Position numbers and translations under genes: made by a program | From: Dehalococcoidia bacterium | GTDB taxonomy: Bacteria; Chloroflexota; Dehalococcoidia; Lucifugimonadales; QGNO01 | Assembly (NCBI GenBank): GCA_965220545.1 | Contig: CBDCQF010000011.1 | Coordinates: forward strand, 287,098-351,097 | Direction: 5' to 3' | Length of the DNA stretch: 64,000 nt | Notes under the pieces: model-generated | Seen by the model: the letters and a program-made list of their open reading frames with translations, nothing else | Told to the model about the DNA's origin: nothing | The model's database searches: none | Part shown: piece after piece, positions 61,308-64,000 of the stretch | How positions within the stretch are numbered: position 1 is the first letter of the stretch | How the letters are laid out: the number at the start of each line of letters is the position of its first letter

Positions 61308-62456
61308 ATGCTTGACGTAATGTCTGAAATCTCCATAGAGAACAAGGACCTGTTCAACGAGGCCAGGTTGAAGCAGCTGATGAAGGAGGATGGACTCTCC
61401 GCCGTGATCGGCTTCTCTCCGGCCAACGTGGTGTACATGTCGGGCTATTACAACCTGGACATGCACCTGCTTCCGGAGATAATGCACGCCGTGATCTGGC
61501 CATTGGAGGGAGAACCCACCTTCGTGGTCTACGAAAGCAGGAACCCGTTCCGCACCTTCATCAAGGACGTGCGTCGCTTCCCAGGCTATTCGGAGGTGGA
61601 CACGGCGCTCTGGACGCTGGTGGACATCCTGAAGGAGAAGGGGTTGAGCGGAGAGCGCGTGGGCGTGGAGAAGAGATACCTCAACGCGCACTACTGGGAC
61701 GTGATCAACAACGAGCTGCCGGAGGTCTACTGGGCCGACGGCTCCGACGTAATGGAGCGCACCCGCTTCATCAAGACTCCCAAGGAGGTCGAGCTGCTCA
61801 GAGCGGCGGCCCGCGCCACCGACAAGGCCATCTTCCTTGCCTACGCAAGGGCCAGGCCAACCGACACCGAAAAGTCGGTGGGCGACGCCATGAGCCACAA
61901 CGTAATGCGGAACGGAGCGGACATAGTCACGTTCAACATCATAGCCTCCGGCATTCGCAGCACCAGCGGGCACTTCCTGGGGGCGGACGTTCCGCTGGAG
62001 AAGGGCACCATCATGCGCTGCGACTTTGGCGCGAACTTCGGCGGCTACTTCACCGACCTGGCCAGGATGGCGGTGGTGGGCAAGCCATCGCAGCGGCAGA
62101 AGGATACGTACGCCAAGTTCTACGAGGTGCAGCAGCGCAGCATCCAGGCGGCCCGTCCCGGGGTCACGGGTGAGGAGCTGTACGACGTTTCCATACAGGC
62201 GCACGTGGACCTGGGGCTGGGTTCTCGCGTCATGGTTGGGCACAGCATAGGCGTGACCATCCACGAGAGGCCGGTGGCTGCCCCCGGCGAACCCTGGGAG
62301 ATAGAAGAGGGCATGGTGCTGTGCATAGAGAACGGCAGCACGGAGGAGCCCTACGACGAGCGGTATCACATAGAGGACACCATTCTGGTCACCAAAGACG
62401 GCTATGAGATGCTGTCCGACTACACGAACACGGAGACGATGACCGTCATAGAGTAG
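61308..62456 (+). CDS. M24 family metallopeptidase (Xaa-Pro dipeptidase/creatinase-like), paralog of 4863..5978
   Basis: ATG at 61308 behind GAGGAGGG. The product has ..CDFGANFGGYFTDLARM..GHSIGVTIHERP..YHIEDTILVTKDG.. Confidence 0.8.
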   Translation: MLDVMSEISIENKDLFNEARLKQLMKEDGLSAVIGFSPANVVYMSGYYNLDMHLLPEIMHAVIWPLEGEPTFVVYESRNPFRTFIKDVRRFPGYSEVDTALWTLVDILKEKGLSGERVGVEKRYLNAHYWDVINNELPEVYWADGSDVMERTRFIKTPKEVELLRAAARATDKAIFLAYARARPTDTEKSVGDAMSHNVMRNGADIVTFNIIASGIRSTSGHFLGADVPLEKGTIMRCDFGANFGGYFTDLARMAVVGKPSQRQKDTYAKFYEVQQRSIQAARPGVTGEELYDVSIQAHVDLGLGSRVMVGHSIGVTIHERPVAAPGEPWEIEEGMVLCIENGSTEEPYDERYHIEDTILVTKDGYEMLSDYTNTETMTVIE

Positions 62457-62607
62457 CGGGCAAGGTGTGAGGCAGGAACGGGTCCGGTGACTACTGATCG
62501 CCGGGGGCTTTCTCCTGACGGGCTTTGGTCTCATAGGCTTCGTGGTCTACAGGATGATTGCGGGATGAAATGGGCACAAAGCAACTACTCACATCCTGAC
62601 GGCCTTT

Positions 62608-62949
62608 GTGTTCATCATTCTCCTGGGAGTAGGTGCAGCAGTCGTTGTAAGCGACCTCTACACCGAAGAAGAGCAAGAAGACTACAGTTGTGAAGAGTTC
62701 CTTGCCGACCTGAACTATTATGAAGCGTCAAGAGCGGTGAGGTTTGAGTCCGCTGTGGATTACCTAGTTGAGAATTTCCACCAAGACAGGCTACAGGCAG
62801 AACTCAATATCAGGATTTGTGAGTCCTTACTTACACCCATCGGTCCAGCGAGGGTCCCTATGGATGCTCTTATTATGGTGGAGTCGGACGATTCCCGGAT
62901 TCAGGAGACCCCAGAGCCTGTGGTAGCACGAGAGGACACCGTTGGATGA
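62608..62949 (+). CDS. hypothetical small acidic protein with N-terminal hydrophobic segment
   Basis: 113-aa ORF in a low-G+C stretch. The start is uncertain because the hydrophobic segment ILTAFVFIILLGVGAAVVV extends upstream of the called GTG. I recognise no family. Confidence 0.3.
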   Translation: MFIILLGVGAAVVVSDLYTEEEQEDYSCEEFLADLNYYEASRAVRFESAVDYLVENFHQDRLQAELNIRICESLLTPIGPARVPMDALIMVESDDSRIQETPEPVVAREDTVG

Positions 62950-62951
62950 GG

Positions 62952-63194
62952 CTAGCCTATGTGGCAGCCGATGCCGCCTTCGAACCCTTCCTCCACGCGG
63001 CCATCGGGATAGACCACTATGGGAACAACGTCGCCGTATTTCCGCGCTTCGTCCAGGACATCCTGGCTGAGGTCGGCGCGGCGCTCCTCGTACTCTATTC
63101 CGTCCGCGTTCCACTTGTTCAACAGCTTTACACAGGCGTCGCAGCCGTGAATTGTGAAGACAATGGGCAGCGTTGCGGTTTCTTGGTCAGCCAT
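62952..63194 (-). CDS. glutaredoxin/NrdH-like small redoxin
   Basis: 80 aa with ..IVFTIHGCDACVKLLNKW..GIEYEER.. and ..VPIVVYPDGRV.. (CxxC plus the cis-Pro region of the Grx fold). Confidence 0.65.
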   Translation of the reverse strand: MADQETATLPIVFTIHGCDACVKLLNKWNADGIEYEERRADLSQDVLDEARKYGDVVPIVVYPDGRVEEGFEGGIGCHIG

Positions 63195-63224
63195 GCTAAA
63201 GCAACTCCTTGATGCGGGCTAGAA

Positions 63225-63977
63225 TCAATGGGCTATGTATCCGCCATCTATGACAAGGCCCGCACCCGTAATGAAGGAAGACTCGTCGGACGAGAGGAAG
63301 AGCACCCCGTAGGCTATCTCCTCAGGCTGGCCGACTCTGCCCATGGGCACCTTGCTCATCACTCTCTTCATGCGCTCAGGGTCGACGAAGCCGGCCTGGA
63401 GCATTGGCGTGTCTATGGGGCCGGGATGGACCGAGTTGACGCGGACTCCCTGTGTGGCGTAGCGCAGAGCTATGGACTTGGTGAAGACGTGCACCGCGGC
63501 CTTGGATGCCTGGTAGCCGGGGTTGCTGGTGTCGCTGCCCACTATGCCCATCTGCGACGATATGTTGACGATGGAGCCGCCGCCCGCTTTGAGTATCTCC
63601 GGCATCGCCAGCTTGGTGCCGAGGAATACGCCCTTGGCGTTCACCGCCATCACTTCGTCCCACTCCTCCTCGGTCATGTCCTCAAGCCCGCCGCGGCCTC
63701 CGATGCCCGCGTTGTTGACCAAGACGTCAAGCTTGCCAAAGCGCGATACGGTCTCGGCTATGATTGCATTCCAATCATCTGTCTTGGTGACGTCCAGCGG
63801 CATGAAGAACGCCTCTCCGCCAAGCTCGTTGATTTCAGCTTCTACCTTCCTGCCCTCTTCCTCCAGCACGTCCCCAATGGCGACCTTGGCGCCCTCCGCG
63901 GCCAGCAGTTTTGCCTGGGCTTCGCCAAGCCCGCGGGCCCCGCCGGATACCAGGGCAACTTTACCTGCTACTCTCAT
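63225..63977 (-). CDS. SDR family oxidoreductase (FabG/glucose dehydrogenase-like)
   Basis: VALVSGGARGLGEA.., NNAGI and YQASKAA catalytic motifs. Confidence 0.85.
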   Translation of the reverse strand: MRVAGKVALVSGGARGLGEAQAKLLAAEGAKVAIGDVLEEEGRKVEAEINELGGEAFFMPLDVTKTDDWNAIIAETVSRFGKLDVLVNNAGIGGRGGLEDMTEEEWDEVMAVNAKGVFLGTKLAMPEILKAGGGSIVNISSQMGIVGSDTSNPGYQASKAAVHVFTKSIALRYATQGVRVNSVHPGPIDTPMLQAGFVDPERMKRVMSKVPMGRVGQPEEIAYGVLFLSSDESSFITGAGLVIDGGYIAH

Positions 63978-64000
63978 GTTCTCCTCCCTGTGTTACTCGT

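Noticed and set aside
60673-61315. ORFs of 168 aa (minus) and 209 aa (plus) between the methylase fragment and the M24 peptidase gene.
   Set aside because: Their translations (..LSLSKGASPW..GSTGSPRAG.. and ..FDRLRANGGNG..) are simply the dispersed repeat units read in frame. The real peptidase start at 61308 has a strong RBS.
61074-62534. A 486-aa minus-strand ORF.
   Set aside because: It is antisense to the well-supported M24 peptidase gene (61308-62456). It extends into the repeat cluster and has no recognisable motifs.
1-64000. A search for CRISPR arrays, rRNA genes, integrases/transposases and prophage structural genes.
   Set aside because: No regularly spaced direct repeats were seen, and the dispersed repeats are irregularly spaced and palindromic. 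No rRNA-like conserved stretches were seen. No ORF had integrase, transposase or phage structural motifs.

Overview
This is a 64-kb chromosomal segment at roughly 60% G+C. The strand was read by eye on both strands, without tools.

**Likely source.** The gene content and the dispersed 'FDKLTMSG / LSLSKG'-type palindromic repeats resemble what I remember from Chloroflexota-type genomes. That is inference only.

**Core genes, all confidently recognised by motif:**
- Central metabolism and biosynthesis: a transaldolase/PGI fusion, glyA, hom-thrC, ilvE.
- Translation and RNA processing: rpsF-ssb-rpsR, rph, and ileS with a T-box leader.
- Metal and sulfur handling: copA-csoR and a rhodanese.
- Lipid headgroup synthesis: an ino1-pimA-like-CDP-alcohol-phosphatidyltransferase cluster.
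- Transport and DNA uptake: a peptide-type ABC importer, comF and comEA-comEC.
- Assorted oxidoreductases and hydrolases.
- One RNA gene: tRNA-Asp(GTC).

**Low-G+C accessory pockets between the core genes:**
- An intact DarT/DarG (ssDNA ADP-ribosyltransferase / macrodomain) module at 2.0-3.7 kb.
- HigB/HigA at 21.4-22.0 kb.
- A RelE/ParE-type killer plus HTH antidote pair at 50.8-51.4 kb, bracketed by repeats.
- A three-gene islet at 35.8-37.6 kb with a decayed 'ILSAKYGL' gene, a CoiA-like PD-(D/E)xK-like protein and a membrane protein.
- A truncated DNA methyltransferase plus an orphan ORF at 59.9-60.7 kb.

**Most notable observations:**
- A TlpA/ResA-like redoxin carries an in-frame UGA exactly at its redox motif (WASW-U-AC), followed by a SECIS-like hairpin. 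The ORF track splits this gene. It is a candidate selenoprotein.
- Several accessory nuclease, toxin and methylase genes each carry frameshift and/or nonsense lesions.
- A promoter-like site plus a strong terminator lie immediately upstream of the rhodanese gene. This could be a leader or a small RNA.
- Two families of short palindromic repeats are dispersed across intergenic regions.

I saw no CRISPR array, rRNA, integrase or transposase. I found no clearly novel multi-gene system that I can support strongly. The 35.8-37.6 kb islet is the best candidate and it is speculative.
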